A stretch of 64,000 bases of DNA from Tubiluchus corallicola. Its lineage: Eukaryota > Animalia > Priapulida. Positions 12,592-27,506 of the stretch are shown here, piece after piece. A program made the position numbers and the translations under genes. The stretch spans positions 682,001-746,000 of the forward strand of contig JAQGDQ010000036.1 in assembly GCA_030141605.1 (NCBI GenBank), given 5' to 3'. The first letter of the stretch is position 1, and the number at the start of each line of letters is the position of its first letter. The notes beneath the pieces are model-generated. The model was given only the letters and a program-made list of their open reading frames with translations. It was not told the origin of the DNA and did no database searches.

Positions 12592-14099
12592 AAGTACGAT
12601 TATGTAAATATGTACGATTAATGGTATTATTGCAATTATATCATTAATTTTGATACCAAACTGGAAAGATAGGAAAATGTGCAAAGTTGGGACATAACCA
12701 TTATTTAAACAAGGATCTTTGTCTTACAAACCTGGTGTTATAACCTTTAGGCCACTATGTCTTCAGTATTATGGCAGTCCTCCAAAGTTCATCTCACATA
12801 GCTGGTCAAAAATTTCAGCATTACTACTGTTAGATCGCTCACACTAGAATGATTCTAGCAAATTAGGTAATTTTTTTTAATATTTATAAAAACTGTGACT
12901 TACTGCTTATGGCATTGGGCTTGTAAGCCGAAGATCAATATTTCAACTCCAGGCTGTGCACAACTTCCTGTCTTTCGAGTTTAGTATCAAAATTTAATCA
13001 ATTGTGGGATTGTACCATCATTAATGATAATATTGACATTAAGAATATAAATAATTGAGTATTATATAACATTTTTGAACTAGTCAGTGATTTATCAACT
13101 TTTTATAACCTGGGCATTTACATGAACTGAATGTAAAGAAATTCTTCAATTAATGACACTTATTTTTTTATTTCATGTAGCTTTATTAGATTTTCTCAGG
13201 ACCTACATGGTTCTCAATGAAATTTATATACCTAGGAAGAGTAGTTTTAGTTTTTGCTACTTTTAGAACAAAATTGCAATTATTTTATCACTGTTAAAGT
13301 TGATTTTTGGATCAAATGGTTGACAGGCCTGGTATTGACTGTTGATAATGTACTTTATTTTCAGATTGTTTTCACATTTCATTGTTACTAGGCGGTAATC
13401 ATTAAAGTTTATTTGTTGTGATATTGACAAACTAAGTTGCAATACCATTACTTTATTGAAAAAAATGATTATAATAGTTGGTGGAAGAACAAGTGAATAA
13501 ATTTGAGGAAAGACAAAATTTTGCTTTCTAAAGCTTTTACTTAAGATGCATTCCATTTACAAATTTTTTACAAAAGTTTATTATAAGTGATTTTGTATAC
13601 ATTTGAACAAAATGTTATATTGAACCAGTCACCTTTAATTTTTATTTTAATATTTTGCTGCTATTTATTTGTTTGCAAGCAGGGAAAATTTGTAAAAAAG
13701 TTACGTAGAAATTTTATTGAAATCATACGCTTAGGCATATACACTTGACGTTGTTTATTTGATTTATTTTTGTAATTTTTATATAATAAAAAATTATAAC
13801 TAGATTTTATTTTTGCAGTTTTCTGTTGTATTGAATGAATCCAGTTAGATTCATGTCCGTGTACACTAGAGGATACTTAAATTACATATTTTTGTAATAC
13901 AAAAGTGTTATAACTAGAATATTTTTGTCTGTATAGTTTTCTGTTGCTTCTCTCACAGATAAATCTAGTTTCCTTTGATATTAATTCTGGTATAGCAAAC
14001 TGAGATAAGAATATATTGAGTTATGGAATTCCTGTAATGTTGTGGTAGTTAGAATATCAGCATGTCATGATTTTTAGTAACAATTTTTTAGTAAAACAG

Positions 14100-14580
14100 C
14101 TCATGCTGTGAAACTCCGCTATACCCTGGCGCCCTCTTGTGCGAATGTAGACAAGCGTAATTTCCACGCTCCCTGCTCTGTAGAAAATGCGCGTCATTCC
14201 CGCCGTGGTATGATGTAGTTCGCTGTCAAGTTAACAAGTTCAAGAACAACAGCTAAAACACTTTTTAAAATTATGGGCACTAACTGTTGTATTAGGTGTT
14301 TAGGAAAGTGTGCTTTAAAATAACTCACTGCTTTGGCCAAAAGTTTAAAAGGATTACGATTATCTTTTGCGACGTAACACGTTGTTTTAAACGGAGTTGT
14401 TCGGCTCCTAGAAAGTAGCAATACAGATGGGAAGTAATTTCAGGAATAGGAAAATATTCAAATTATGCCGGTAGTGTTGTTGTAGAAAATGTTTTTTTCG
14501 TGAGACGCCAAGAAGGTTTCTTATATGCGAAAATTTGGCTTCTGTTTTACTTACAAGAAACGGCGTTATTAAACGTGAGT
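14100..14580 (+). promoter_or_regulatory. Probable distal LARP4 promoter and 5' UTR exon
   Basis: Abrupt onset of CpG-rich sequence, E2F-like TTCCCGCC at 14197, strong donor aac|gtgagt at 14575. The MTSDQ exon has an acceptor at 22267, so it needs an upstream exon. Confidence 0.45.
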
Positions 14581-17500
14581 ATAATTTGTACATGACTTTC
14601 CATTTGTGTAATGTTGTATGTACGCGGCCATGTTAATCACGTGCGAGTTGCTGTACATGCACTAATACTCGTTATTTATCATTCGCAGCATTGAAAAGTC
14701 GACAGTTTATATATATTTGTCCATATTGTTTTCTACTATCATAATTTCCGTCAACACCATCATACCATTACATTTAGCTTACTAAAAGTAATACTATTAG
14801 TACTAATAGTCTTATTACTCTGCCAGATTTTAGTCTGGTATGATAAGATTAAAAATTTTAAATTCAGTCTTGGTTTTCCAGTCTGATTAATTTTGTGTAT
14901 GTGTTAGTGTATTTTGTTTCTACCATTGATACACTCGATCCTCTTCACCAAAGTTGGCGTGCAAACAAAAAGTGTCTCTGCAAGATAAATTACTCGAATT
15001 TACTTTGCTTGTAAATCACCTATATGGATCATTCACTTTGTCATGACTTCTTTACAGTTTCCTCGTCTTTGTTTACAATTTTAACTGCAATACTTCATTG
15101 ACATACATTTGAGCTGCTTATGTCCTGCACTGATGGGGCCCCATTTATTGACACATTGCTTGATGGCAATATTTTTTTTATATAATAGTTATTGCAATTA
15201 TGTATATCATGTAGCAGCATACCTAATGTTCTAGCAGTCTCACACAAGTTTTGAACGTTACTTAAACGTAAGCTAAGATTTTTGTATTACACATCCCTTA
15301 AGCCTTTTAATATAGTGTTTTTCTGGAGTCTACAAACAGTAAGTTTATCAAACCAAAGTAAAAAGTGGGTGATTTTGGGCACAAAGTATGATTCAAGCAT
15401 GACAAGTAAGGTTTTCTAACATTTCCCGAGAAATTAATTTTCCTTTTTCTGCTTTCCTGTACTTTTCTGTATTACATGAATTCTTTCTTTCTTGAGTAAG
15501 AAAGAAATTACATGAGTAATCTCATTTAATTATTAGGCCTACTTGTAAGCAACAATGTTAACTAGTTAAGTCACTATAACTCACTAAATACTCTACCTAT
15601 TAGTATAATAAATTCTTTAATTTTGTTCGGCAAGAACTTTGTCACTTGTACTGTAATGTATTGCAGAAAAGCACATTTAGAAATTGATGTGACCAAAACC
15701 AGAGATTATAGCAGAGATTTTTTTGTTCTTTCGCTGTGCTTGAACTTCCGCTAGCAGTATATTCTCTGTCAAAATCAAAGAATCTAAGCATGGCAGCATA
15801 CTGGGTATAAGTAGTTGGATAGCCTCTGAAATATACAGCAAAGAAATCTGGATAATTTAAAAGTCTTTGTCTTTCGTTTTTCCATTACGAAGTTGCTTGT
15901 CAGTTGCGGATTTTATTTATTTATGTTCCAAACAGTGAATTTTTGCTCACCCGATAGACAAACAGCCTTTGTTTTTGTAATTTTTATTTGCTGTGTGTAA
16001 TTGGTGATTTCTAAGCCTGATACAGCATATATATTCTCAACCACTTTTTGCTGTTCAACATAATACTTTAATTTAAGAAATTCGTTTGTTGACTAACTGC
16101 TAAAATTATGGGACTGAAGTAAATACTTGAGCTGGCTTAAACAGGTCTTCAATTATTCATATAATTTTGTCTGAATTTTTGGCATTTTAGCAATTTGTGG
16201 CATTTCATGCCATGCGCACTATATCATATGTATGTATACTGTTGTGTAGGTGATCCTTACGCAAAGGGTTGCCTTTGAATTTCAGTCACAGATTTCAAAA
16301 GCTTTAAAGGCAAACTGGATCCAATCTTAAACTGTAGATCAAAACAATCTACTCTTTAAAATATTAAAAGGAAACATACTATTTTTTCAAGAATGACTTT
16401 CGTGGAAGAATTATTACCGCACAAACGCAATTATGCGACGCGCTACGAGTTCTTTATTGTTACATGCATTTTGCCATGTGCTAGTTAGATGGGTGTTAGT
16501 TCCTGCATTTCGGAAATGCGTTGCACAAAAAACAAGTACTGTACCTTTCAGTTCAAATGTGTTTGGATGTTACGTATCACACATGTTCGACAGCTCATGC
16601 GTGAGCACAGTGGTAAATTTGAAATTTGAATTTTTATCTTAAAAATTGCTGAGTTTTAGCACAACACGCTGAATGGCATCTTCACTTTCGCAAATACGTT
16701 TAACACGCTTATGGAATGTTTCTTGCTGTTGGGGTAGAATATGAAAAATCATCCTGTCTTTCTCCAAGTGACACAACAATCGTGTTTTAAATATGTGAAG
16801 TAGAAGATTGTTGGACGTGGCACTGATACATATTCTTACTTGGAGAAAGCAAATGATTTGATTTGTTTATTTGGTCAGTAAAATAAAATTTTATCAGCTT
16901 ACAGAGAACTCAATTTAATTTACAGTAACGTGTAAAATGAGTAAAATGCATCCCACATAGTCAGAGGCCGACTGATCATTTCGTGCACTTGGCTAGAAAG
17001 TTAAGCAATTCAAAGCTTGTATAAGTAGATAGGTGACTGCTAAGAAGACCCATTTTAAGATTTTAAGCAGTTTCATCTCTGCCATACTGTCTTTTGGTCA
17101 ATTTGCTAGGAAGAGCATGTACTTCCAATTGTGATTAAGGCATATTTGATTTTCAGTTTGTCATCTTAGAAGATCACTGTTGATGATGAGTTAGGTCCAG
17201 ATTCCACACATTTATCTGCATGTGATAGGCTTTGCCACTGAGTGCTGAATACCAACTTGAGAAGTGTTGAACTATTTAAAAAAGATTTAAATAAAAGCAA
17301 ATGAATCTCATGATAAAAGATTTGCAGTTGTGAAAGCCTTAGTTTTTATTACAGTTTAGTTTCCATTTTTCAATCCACATATTGACTCCTTATCCAAAAT
17401 TTCTGTACAGGTAGTTAAAAAGAGTTCACACTGTTTGCAAATCTGTAGGTGATGCTATTTTATTTATTTTATGTTCATTAAAGTAATCAATAAAAAGGTT

Positions 17501-18922
17501 AATATTATTATAATAATTGTAATACCCATGAATGTGAAAGAGACAAAAAAGGCCCTATGTCTTTTAGCACTCTTCGTGGATTATTTTACATAAGGTGACA
17601 AAATCATTTGCTAATGTAAACTAACAATTTTAAAGAAAGACTGTTGTGCCTTCTGGATGAGTTTCACAGCTATATTATAAATGCCTTATAAAATATCTTT
17701 ATACAGGTTCTGTAACAAGACTAAATAGGTAGCTAGCTATGCATCTCTAAATGCAATGATGAACTCATACTGCGTAGAAATGAATTATTCGTATAATATT
17801 TAAATATTTTAAATACATAAATGTTATTGTTCCTAGTACTAAATTACGAAAGAACATGTATTTTTGTTATTCTTTTGGCTTTGGTAGAAATTTCAACACT
17901 ATATGCTTTGTTTTTAAATTTTCAGAAATCATTATATCTGTTGTTTTACAGAGATATTTTTTAATGTGTCAGCCGTGCTTATAGTTCAGCAAAGTTCACG
18001 TTTGTGACAATTCAATCTGCTAGCACTACTGTGCCTAAAAGGAGCTTAATGTTAGTAGAAAAAGTTCTTAGCACTAGTAACTTACATTTAAATACAACAT
18101 GTAGTTGCATCAAAGCCGAATATGCATTTCTACCATGCGTTACTAACTACAAAGATTACTATTATTACCAAAAATTGTTTTTTTTTATTGATGCGGTACA
18201 GTACATCTGAATGTGTGTGGGTTTCCGTGCAGCAGTATGTTCGAGTGTATATTTGAGCAAGTTTTGTGGTTTAGTTTTATAGTAGAAGCTTTCAATAAAT
18301 CACATTTCCTCAAGTGGATTCTTAGTTTGTTGGCCGACTTACTCACCAGTGGCTATTTGTTAAAGACTGGTCATTTTCGATCCATATATGCAGTTTTGGA
18401 ACTAAAACTTTTTTGGCATCGTATCACTTGTTGATTATTATTGTAGAAAAATAAAAATATATTATTTTTGAGCTTTTGAATTTAATTAATGTAATTGTAT
18501 GCCGTTATATCAGAACTGGTTAGATATAACTGGCATGTGCAGCTTGTAAGTTTTCAAATCGTAAAAACGTGTTCAAAGTAATAAAATTTTATATTGTGCA
18601 AACAAAGTTATTATTAGAATAGCATAATTTGCACAGTAATTGTTCCAGTAATGGACTAGTTATTTTATTGGGTCATCGTGTTCTGGAAACCTTGATTCGG
18701 GGCATTATTCCAGATAAATCGATTGAGGAAAAGATGTTCGAATGGTATGCTGTAGACTCAGACCGGTCGCCTGTATTGCAGCTTTCAATCCGCATTAGTG
18801 GAGGTAAAACATCAGTTTGTTTATACGGAAGTGTGTCTGTCGGTTTGTGCAATTGTAGCATCCTTGCTGTACGTGGCGCAATGAAGCAGAGCCACGTTTA
18901 CAAGTAATCTGGCTATTGTGCA

Positions 18923-18941
18923 TCTCTCTTTCTGACTCTCA

Positions 18942-19024
<83 letters not shown>

Positions 19025-19090
19025 TCTCCCCTCTGTCTCCCTCTCCATCTCTCCCTCTCCATTTCTCTCTCTCTCTCTGTCTGTCTGTCT
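18923..19090. repeat. (CT)n microsatellite
   Basis: Long TC run (about 18949-19020) with degenerate flanks. Confidence 0.95.
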
Positions 19091-19661
19091 CGAACGTCTG
19101 TATGTCAAAACGAAGTTCGTACTGTATGCAAAGAACGTTAGTAGTCATTTCATGGCTAGATGTATAGTTGAAAGATACTTTTATTGCTATTAACACGTAG
19201 AGACATAGCTATCTGAAATAAATGACATACTTTTACAACACAAAAGAAAAATCATGTATCGTTATTTTCTATTTCATACGGTGTTGGATGAAATTTAAAA
19301 CTGTGTGTTGCTTAGTGTCTTTTATAATTTTCGCAATTCCGTGAACCCAAACTATTATTGCAATAAAAATAGAAATTTTAATATCTTGTATAGTAGTGAA
19401 TTAAACTGTGTTGCAGTTACAGACCTAAACTGAAGAAGCATATTAGTGTAGAAAAGAGTAGAATCGCATTGCATGCAATTGTTTATAGAGAGATCAGTAA
19501 AAAAGCACTTTCGACCAAAAGACTCGCAAAATAGATTTATAATCAATAACGCCCAAATGTTCAACATAGTATTTATCAATCTTTTTCACCATTAATTTTG
19601 GCGGTGGTAATAGACTGACAAGTATATACGTGCCAAGTCATCTTATAGTGCTATACACATT

Positions 19662-19984
19662 AACAAGGAAAGGCAGAGACTTTTACATGCGAGATTTTCT
19701 CGAAATGGAACCTGGAACTAACTCATAGTTGTGTGCTCAGGTGGAGATAATAAAAAAGAAGTACTTAACACTTACTCTGAGACCTCCACGAACGTTTTTT
19801 GTATGTGGCGTTCGGTCAAGTTTTGCGAAAAAAACAGTCAAAAAAGATTCCCATTTTGGCACTCTATACCTACCTTTCTTCACAAAGTTTCTTTGAAATC
19901 TGCTGGATGGTTTCTGCGTAATAGACTTACTGCCAGACAGACAAAGAAATTGTGTTGAAGCATAACTTCCTTGGCAGAGGTAAA
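19662..19984 (+). mobile_element. Non-autonomous Helitron/Helentron-like repeat
   Basis: Starts AACAAG and ends cataacttccttggcagaggtaa, resembling the common ACCTCCTTGGCGGAGGT hairpin end of such elements (from recollection). Confidence 0.5.
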
Positions 19985-22307
19985 AATAACTAAAACATTT
20001 ATCCACCACTATAGCTCTATTCCTAAACACATTTTACTAAGTGTGTCATTTTTACCTACTTTTGCATTTGTGCCATTTTTTCGTGAGCCATCTTTTTTCC
20101 TGTATCATTTTTGCCTGCATTCGGTAGGCACATGACCGCATCTAATTCACTAGTATTTAGGGGGTAACGCTAATTTTTTTTATTCTACTTCAGCTTTTGA
20201 CCGCTGATCATGGCTTCGATAATGAATGGGCAAGGGCCTGCTTATATGTAGGCCTAGCGTGAACGCGCTTGGCATTTCAGTCAGCGTATGAGTTGTGGTA
20301 CTGTAGCTTTCCAAGTATCGCCTTACGCTATGCGCTTATGATAGGGACAGAACCGGCTAGGCACCACTAACTTGCGCGAATCTCTGGCTTCTTTTAGACT
20401 TGCCCGCGGTACATTCCATTCCACTTAAATTTTATAATGTTTTCACTGTTGTAAACTTTCCGCACACACCGTAGCGCGAGTATGACACTGCTGTTATATG
20501 GCTTTTCTGATAAAGTAATGTTAGTAAGTAAAGAATGACAGAGAAGCATTTTTTCTGATTCTATACAACTTCTCAATTCTCATAATAAAGATTTATAGAA
20601 TTCAGCATTATCATGTGTGTACTTCTTATTTTTTGCTTCCGTCCCACCGGAATGTTAACTGCCATTTTGCAACGTATATTCAAGGTATTTAACCTAGTGC
20701 TGTGCAGAGTTACGTGCGTATACCTTGCTATCCGAACGTTTTGTAAGAACTGACCTTCAGTGTGACCTTCCTTTGACCTTCAGCCAAATTTCACGAAAAT
20801 TTAACGTCCATTTGCTTCAAGAATTTTCAAGCTAGGATCAATGTATTTTTCCACATTATTTTTATTTTGCGTTTCTCCTTTTTTATTATGCTTCTGACTT
20901 TTTTAAAGCCGGTAGCAATTAGTAAATGTAATACTTATACTAATTAATGGAATAAGAATTGCTTTCGAAGTGAAGGCAGACTTTGAATACATTCTAATTT
21001 TAATGAGTGCTAAGTTAAAACCGGTAGCCTATGTAGTTCTTGTAATATCACAGACTGTCTGCTTATGAAATCGTGTTAGTGTAAAGGTCTGAAATTTCGT
21101 GTATCTTGGTCGTGTGTGCAAACATAGCCGAACATTCAGTGCAGCATGAAAAAATCGGGTATTTGGAAGAATGTTCACTTACACGTCCTCCTGCACAGAA
21201 TGCCTTAGACGGTCCTGGAACTGTTGTTATATGAGTTGCATTTCTATGGTATTCATGATAATACGAAGTCTTTTTTCATACTTAGCACAAGGTTTGAGGG
21301 TACATTTTACCCGTCAATTATTAGGAAGGCACTCGGTAATTACTACACAAATAAACGAATACTTCTGCAAGTTATTTTCATACTACTACAATACTAGTTG
21401 TTTATTTTCATTCATGTTTTTTTCTAGCTTTCAGTTAAGTATTATAATTCATCTATCACGCGTTTGTTGCCTGCACTCTGCCAACGCAGAGCCGGTGGAG
21501 CCCGCCAACTTTGCACTTTGGTCCATTTCTTTATCACACGTTTGTTAGGCGTATTACGTGTATGGGGCTATTAGGTTGCATTTAGTGACACGTGTCTTCT
21601 GTTTGGGAGATTTATCTTCTAAGCACATACACTAAAATTCATGAAGATGAGTTCATTCCGTTTTGTAATTTGATAGTATTCACGCAGCAAAAGCAACGTG
21701 CAATATGTTATCTGTTTTTAACTTTCGGTTAGAATTTCGGTATCGTCTCGGAGGAAGAATTTTGCTTAATGCTGATTGAATATAAGGTGTGTCCATGTTT
21801 GTGAACAGTTCGAACGTTATTTCATACTTTCTGGTTGTACGTTTTTTGATTGAATTTTTTAAAATTCAATATACGCGGTGTTGGTTGAACTGAATTTAAT
21901 TCTAGGATTGTCGGGATTGTCAAAATGCGCCATCTTAAAATGAAAATCATTCAAGATGCCCTTAAGAAATCAAATGTTATTTGAAGTTTACAGCTCAGAA
22001 ACATGGCCTAATGGAGTACTATTGTTAAAGCGTTGTTAACAGTTCATATATGAAAATTGATGGCTATTTATAATTGTAATAAAGACCAATTGCATTAAAT
22101 TTCTTTTTTCTGAAGTGTCTTGCTCCATTTTTTTTCATTCCAAATTACCTTAAATTATGCAAGATGATGCATAATTTCTGTAATTTAATTTGTGTATATC
22201 TCATAACTGATGTGTCACAGTCCTTAATTTCATGTTTCTCATTTTGTAAATTGTTTTTTTTTCACAGAAGAGAAAGAGAGAACACTTGTCATCTTTTTTT
22301 AAACCTC

Positions 22308-22361
22308 ATGACATCAGATCAGGGGACGTCAGGTGCGGCTGATCTACAACTCGCCACGCAG
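22308..22361 (+). CDS. LARP4: LARP4 first coding exon ([18 protein letters not shown]); exon begins at 22268
   Basis: Poly-T cag acceptor at 22266-22267, ATG at 22308, cag|gttagt phase-0 donor; MTSDQ matches the human LARP4B N-terminus. Confidence 0.85.
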
Positions 22362-25300
22362 GTTAGTTGTTTTGTGTTTGACTTGGTGTGGGAATATTAT
22401 CTGTTTAATGAATTATTTTCGAAGTTGTAAGGGAGAGAAACTTGCCGGTCAGTTTCAAACAAACTCAAGTGAGCTATAATAAAATCCCACAATGCAGTAT
22501 GCAATGTGAATAAAACAAACGGCGACTTCAAAGCAAACTGTCAGAACAACTAAGGAAGCAAGAACTATGCCGGGATGTAAAAATATACTTCTTGTTCAGC
22601 TACACTTTCAACAATCAACATGCATGTGCTCGCTAATATAGTGAGGCATTTCACATAATTTGCATAATATTGCATGGACCTAGTAGTACAACAATTCATT
22701 TTTTTCCTCCAATCCTGCTCAAGAATTACGTTATACTGTACTGTTTTCTTGAGGTCTTTTGGATGAACAAAGACAATCTCTAAAAGTCTCTCTATGGATG
22801 TATTACCATAACTGGTCCCTTACTCGGTAATGGGTTTTAAGGAGTATAACTACTTTAAAATGTTATTAAGCTAAACTATGTAAATAATGGTACTGTACAA
22901 AGTGTACATAAGTATATATGTTTTCAAAAATGTATAATTTGTCAAAATTCATTTTGTGCTTCTTGATGACTACATTTGGTTTGGGTAAAAACTATCATCC
23001 CCTGCTGAAATGAAGCTTTTGGATTTTATCTCAATCAAAATGCCAATAATATAAGCCAGTCAAGCATGTGGATGGCCAATCTAACAAAGGAGAGGCCTCA
23101 GTGACACATTTGACCGTGACATTGATCTTGGAGGTTTGTAGATTATTAATTTGTCGTATTATCGACTTGGGTAGCTTATCCCTGTCACTATGACACAATC
23201 TAAAATAGGCCTACTGATACATGATATCATCAATTATTATATAATTTGGCCATTTGTATATTTGTCATTGAGATGTAAAATTGAACATTAAATGAACTTT
23301 GGTGCGTAATTATGGTCATTTAATCATTTTTCATTGAAATTACATTGAGTTTTGCCCTTTTAACACAATGATATGATTTGTAACTACTCTAGCTTTGCCC
23401 ACAAGCTAAGGTTATAAACTACGCACTTCAAAAGAGGTGACGTACCCGTGCCCGTGGATAATTTAGAATTACTCGCTGCTTACATGAGAAGATAAACTTT
23501 TGAATCTAACAAATCCCGTTTTAGGTGACGTCTGGTCAAATTTTTTTTACTTTTTGCTCAAACTCATTTTTGGTCGTCTTTCTAGCATCCTGCGTGAGAG
23601 AATAGTATAGTGCTTCTCCATTTAATTCCAGTCGCAATGGTAAGGCGGCTTATCATTATAGAGAATGGTTTTGAGACATTAAGTAACAAAACAAAAAACA
23701 ATGCAGTAGCAGTGCAATGCAAGTTTGTGCAACATTAAACCTGTCAGAGTATCAGTCTCATACCTGGTTTGCTATTTTTAGGCTTGAAGAAACAATAACA
23801 CCGAAGATTTTCGAAATCCCCAGTGTTATTAAAACCGTTAGGGTCGTTTCTACCAATAACGAATAATTCTAAAGGCTAATACGTGCCAAATTCAAAAGTG
23901 TGAGATTTGAATTAATGGTCTGAATTTGAGATCTGAAGTTACCAAAATTGAAATTAAGTAATTCGTTTAGCTACCGCTTACAGAGCATAAATATGATTTC
24001 TACGTTATAGGACCCACGTAAAACTTCATGTATATAGTCACTATCATGACAGCAAAATCGCTCCAGTTCAGTTGTACTGGTTATGTGGTAACCAGTTTAG
24101 TTCACAGCCAAACAGAAAATTGAAATTGAGCCGTTTTCAGCTGTCATCTGCTAGTTTCTGCTCTTTTATAGGCTTTGCGCATCGCCACTGGTGTGCCTTG
24201 TATTGTAAATCGCTATAGAAAAGGTAGTTATTGGGCAAAATACATATCACCTACGTTAATTTTTCAAAACCACCCCATTGTTTCATTTCTCCTGTTCTTA
24301 GCATTGACTGCCTCCTCTGTCAAAACTTTAAACAGGTCGTTTTTTGGCGCTGCATTACTTTCAGCGGTTGTATTCGTGCCACTGTTGCACTCTTTGCCAC
24401 ATCTGTTTGGCTGTGTTAACTAAGCACTAAGTTCATATCTCATATTTGCATAAGGAAATACCTTTGCATACTGTAACAGTTCACTGATCATGACTGATAT
24501 ATCATATTCGAGTATGTCTTTAGAGTTAAGCTATTAGAAAGAGTAAAGCGGGTAATTTTTCTTTGTCTATATGTTTTTCATCTTTAGAAAAGCATTCCCT
24601 GCAAAGTCGTTGTTAAAGGAGAAATTTTCGGCTTCGGATAAACAAATTCAGCTGGAAGGTCGAAAAGCGTTTAAGCACTTCAGGGCTTCTTTGTGCAGGT
24701 CTTTGGTTCCTTGTGTAATGTTGTTTTATGGAGGAGCAATATTGGTCTGCTTTGCTATTTAAGCTGCTATTAATATTTATTGCCGTTTTAATGCTTTGTT
24801 CTGTTAATAACTTGAAAGGATTTTTAAAATTATTGTTACGTGTTTAAATAATGTCTTACTGTGTGTTACTTTACAAATTTATTCCAGACATTCAACAGTG
24901 AGTGCCGGTGTATTTGAATACTTTATACTGTACAAAATTTTAGTGAACAATTATTCAATGTGACTCATTACTGAAATTTCAGTCTCCTGAATAAATCGAA
25001 ACGCCCTGCTTTCATGTAATCTATTTGTTAGATTGCTAATTCGTGTTGTCAGCATTGCGGGGCTTCACTGTTTGATTCTTACTTAAAATATAGAATCGAA
25101 TTGAATATTTTTATTGCATTTATTAACAACTGAATTGCCATTTTACTGCTGCGTGAAACTTAACGTATAGATAACGTGTTTTGCCTGAAATGTTATCCAT
25201 TACAGAAATATCCAAAAGCCCATTACAGAATTGAAAATAAAATCAAATTGTTAAATCAAAAAATTAAGTAAATACAAACACCAGTAATACGCGAGTCAAT

Positions 25301-27470
25301 TTTGTATATCTGTTTAGCCATAAATTTAATTTTAGGCTCAGTACTTTTTCTGTGGAGGCTCGATACGCACGAGCATACAGTCCCCGAAACTTCTACTTCA
25401 TTGGTAGGTTCCGCCATCTACCAGCCAACATGGGTATCACATCCATAAAATGAAAATACGTCAGTCACGATGCTTAAGCAAATTCCTACTTACTGATCTG
25501 AAATGTTTCTAATTTTTTAGCGGCGTGTTTTTCTGAACACGAAGAAAGTGTCAGAAAAGTGCTGTTGTTGATGAATACTTAATGACATTTTTAAGTTACA
25601 AGTGTGCTAGTGGCTAAGGATTACTTTTAGTTTATAAATAGTGGTTTCCAGGTTGATTGTGATTTACCGCAGTTAGTTGCACCAAACGAAAAAGATGGCC
25701 TTGGCAAACATGACAGTATTTTCTTTTTGTCTTGTCTGGAAAATGAATTTACTTGAGCAAAAATCCTTTAAGAACCTACGTGTCTTGTTAACACTCTCAC
25801 CAAGCCGGTTCTAGTCATTTGTGATGATGTCTTCTTGATTGTGCCTGCCTAACATGGTTGTGGCAGGACCAATATCTAACTCATTATTAAGACTGCCTGT
25901 CAGACACTGATACGCATTATACGTCCTCTCTCTCTGCGAGGTAAACATTTGGCAGGTACTGCCTTAACGCAGCTTTCGTGGCGATCACCTTTCCTCGTGC
26001 TGACCAAATGACCAGACATCTGTTTTATATGCAGAAGGTCCCTGATTCAAATTTAGGCTGTTTCTTCAACTTTTTCGCTTTTCCTGTTTTTCAGTTTTCG
26101 TTCCAAATTTGTGTTTTTGTATCATTATTTATAAAAATTGTAAAATTATAAAAAATAAATCACATGGTTAGAGTTAGCGTTGCTTAATCGGTCGTTCCTT
26201 TCATGACGAAAGTGTTATAGTCGTGAAGCACGTATGCTGCACCCCCGCCAATCCCTGTCTGGCTGCATATTACGTTTATTTTTAGCGCATAGGAGCAAAA
26301 GAATGTCTGATTGACTGAAGTTTTTCCAAGGTCGCGGTATGAGTGCTGTGTTAGCACACGTACGCTGTGTGATTCATTCTAAAATTTGCATTTGTAAAAT
26401 AGTGTGAAATTATTACTACATTTGGATTGGTTCTTGAGTTTTCATTGTGAGTGTTACATAATATTATAGAACACAGCTATTATCTGCTAATATTTTTGCG
26501 CGAAATATTTGCAGTTATGTAAATTTTGTGCTTCGCTTTTTTGTCAAAAATTTCATTGTAATAACCGCTTGTCTCTTAGCCATTTGGTGCATGTACATTT
26601 TTGTACAACATCTACAAGCTCGCATTGGATGCCCTGGCATTTGGCGCAGCCGAAGTTCGATGCACAATAAATTCAGAAATCAAATATCCGAATTGAGGTT
26701 AAGTTTAAGACAGACAAGATTGTATCATAACGTGCACTCAAGGCTATCTAGGCGTGTGAGAATCTGTTGGTCTATGCCCAGGTGCGAGGTGTAAAGTAAA
26801 ATTTCAACATTTCCGTCGTCCACTGCAGTTTAGTTACGCTGTTGTTAAATACGTGATTTGGTGGTGAGCGTAAAATACACTCTCCTCCAGCATCCAGTTA
26901 CAAATTCTTGACGCGTATTAGATCGTTAAAAAATAAAAAATGCTACATGATTACGCAACGCTTGTTCAAGGTCAATTGTTCCACGTGGTATCTGTCTCGT
27001 ATTATATAAACGTGCAGAGCCCGAGAACGAGTTATTTGCGAGCTTTTTGATTTTTATCATGATAAGTTGATAATAAAGCTTTGTAATTTTATTTCGCTTA
27101 CAAGTGTTTGGAAATTAGAAGTCAGAAAGTCAGAAGAAATTTGAAATTTAGTAGTGTAATCAGCACTTGCAGTTTCCCAAAAACTAGCACCATATTAACT
27201 CAGTAATCTCACACGATCGTGTTGCTGATTTTCTGTGTATGAAGAAAAGTGCAGCAAGCCGGTTTAAAGGTCAAACCATTTAGAATATTTTGCTTAAAAC
27301 TTCCGTCTAGTTTTGTTACCAGTTAAATTGCTGTGAACTTATGCTAATCCAATGGGAACAATATGGTGCAAAGCAGTGTTCTGCACACCTGTATATCCTG
27401 TTCTTGGCTCACCTCCGTGCTATACAAGGCTCAAGGTAAATTATTTCATTTATATATATTATTTTTGTAC

Positions 27471-27506
<36 letters not shown>

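Noticed and set aside
18821-19196. RE-repeat and SL-repeat ORFs
   Set aside because: Artefacts of the (CT)n tract.
25855-25940. Donor gag|gtaaac as another coding first exon
   Set aside because: In-frame TGA at 25908 and no ATG after it.
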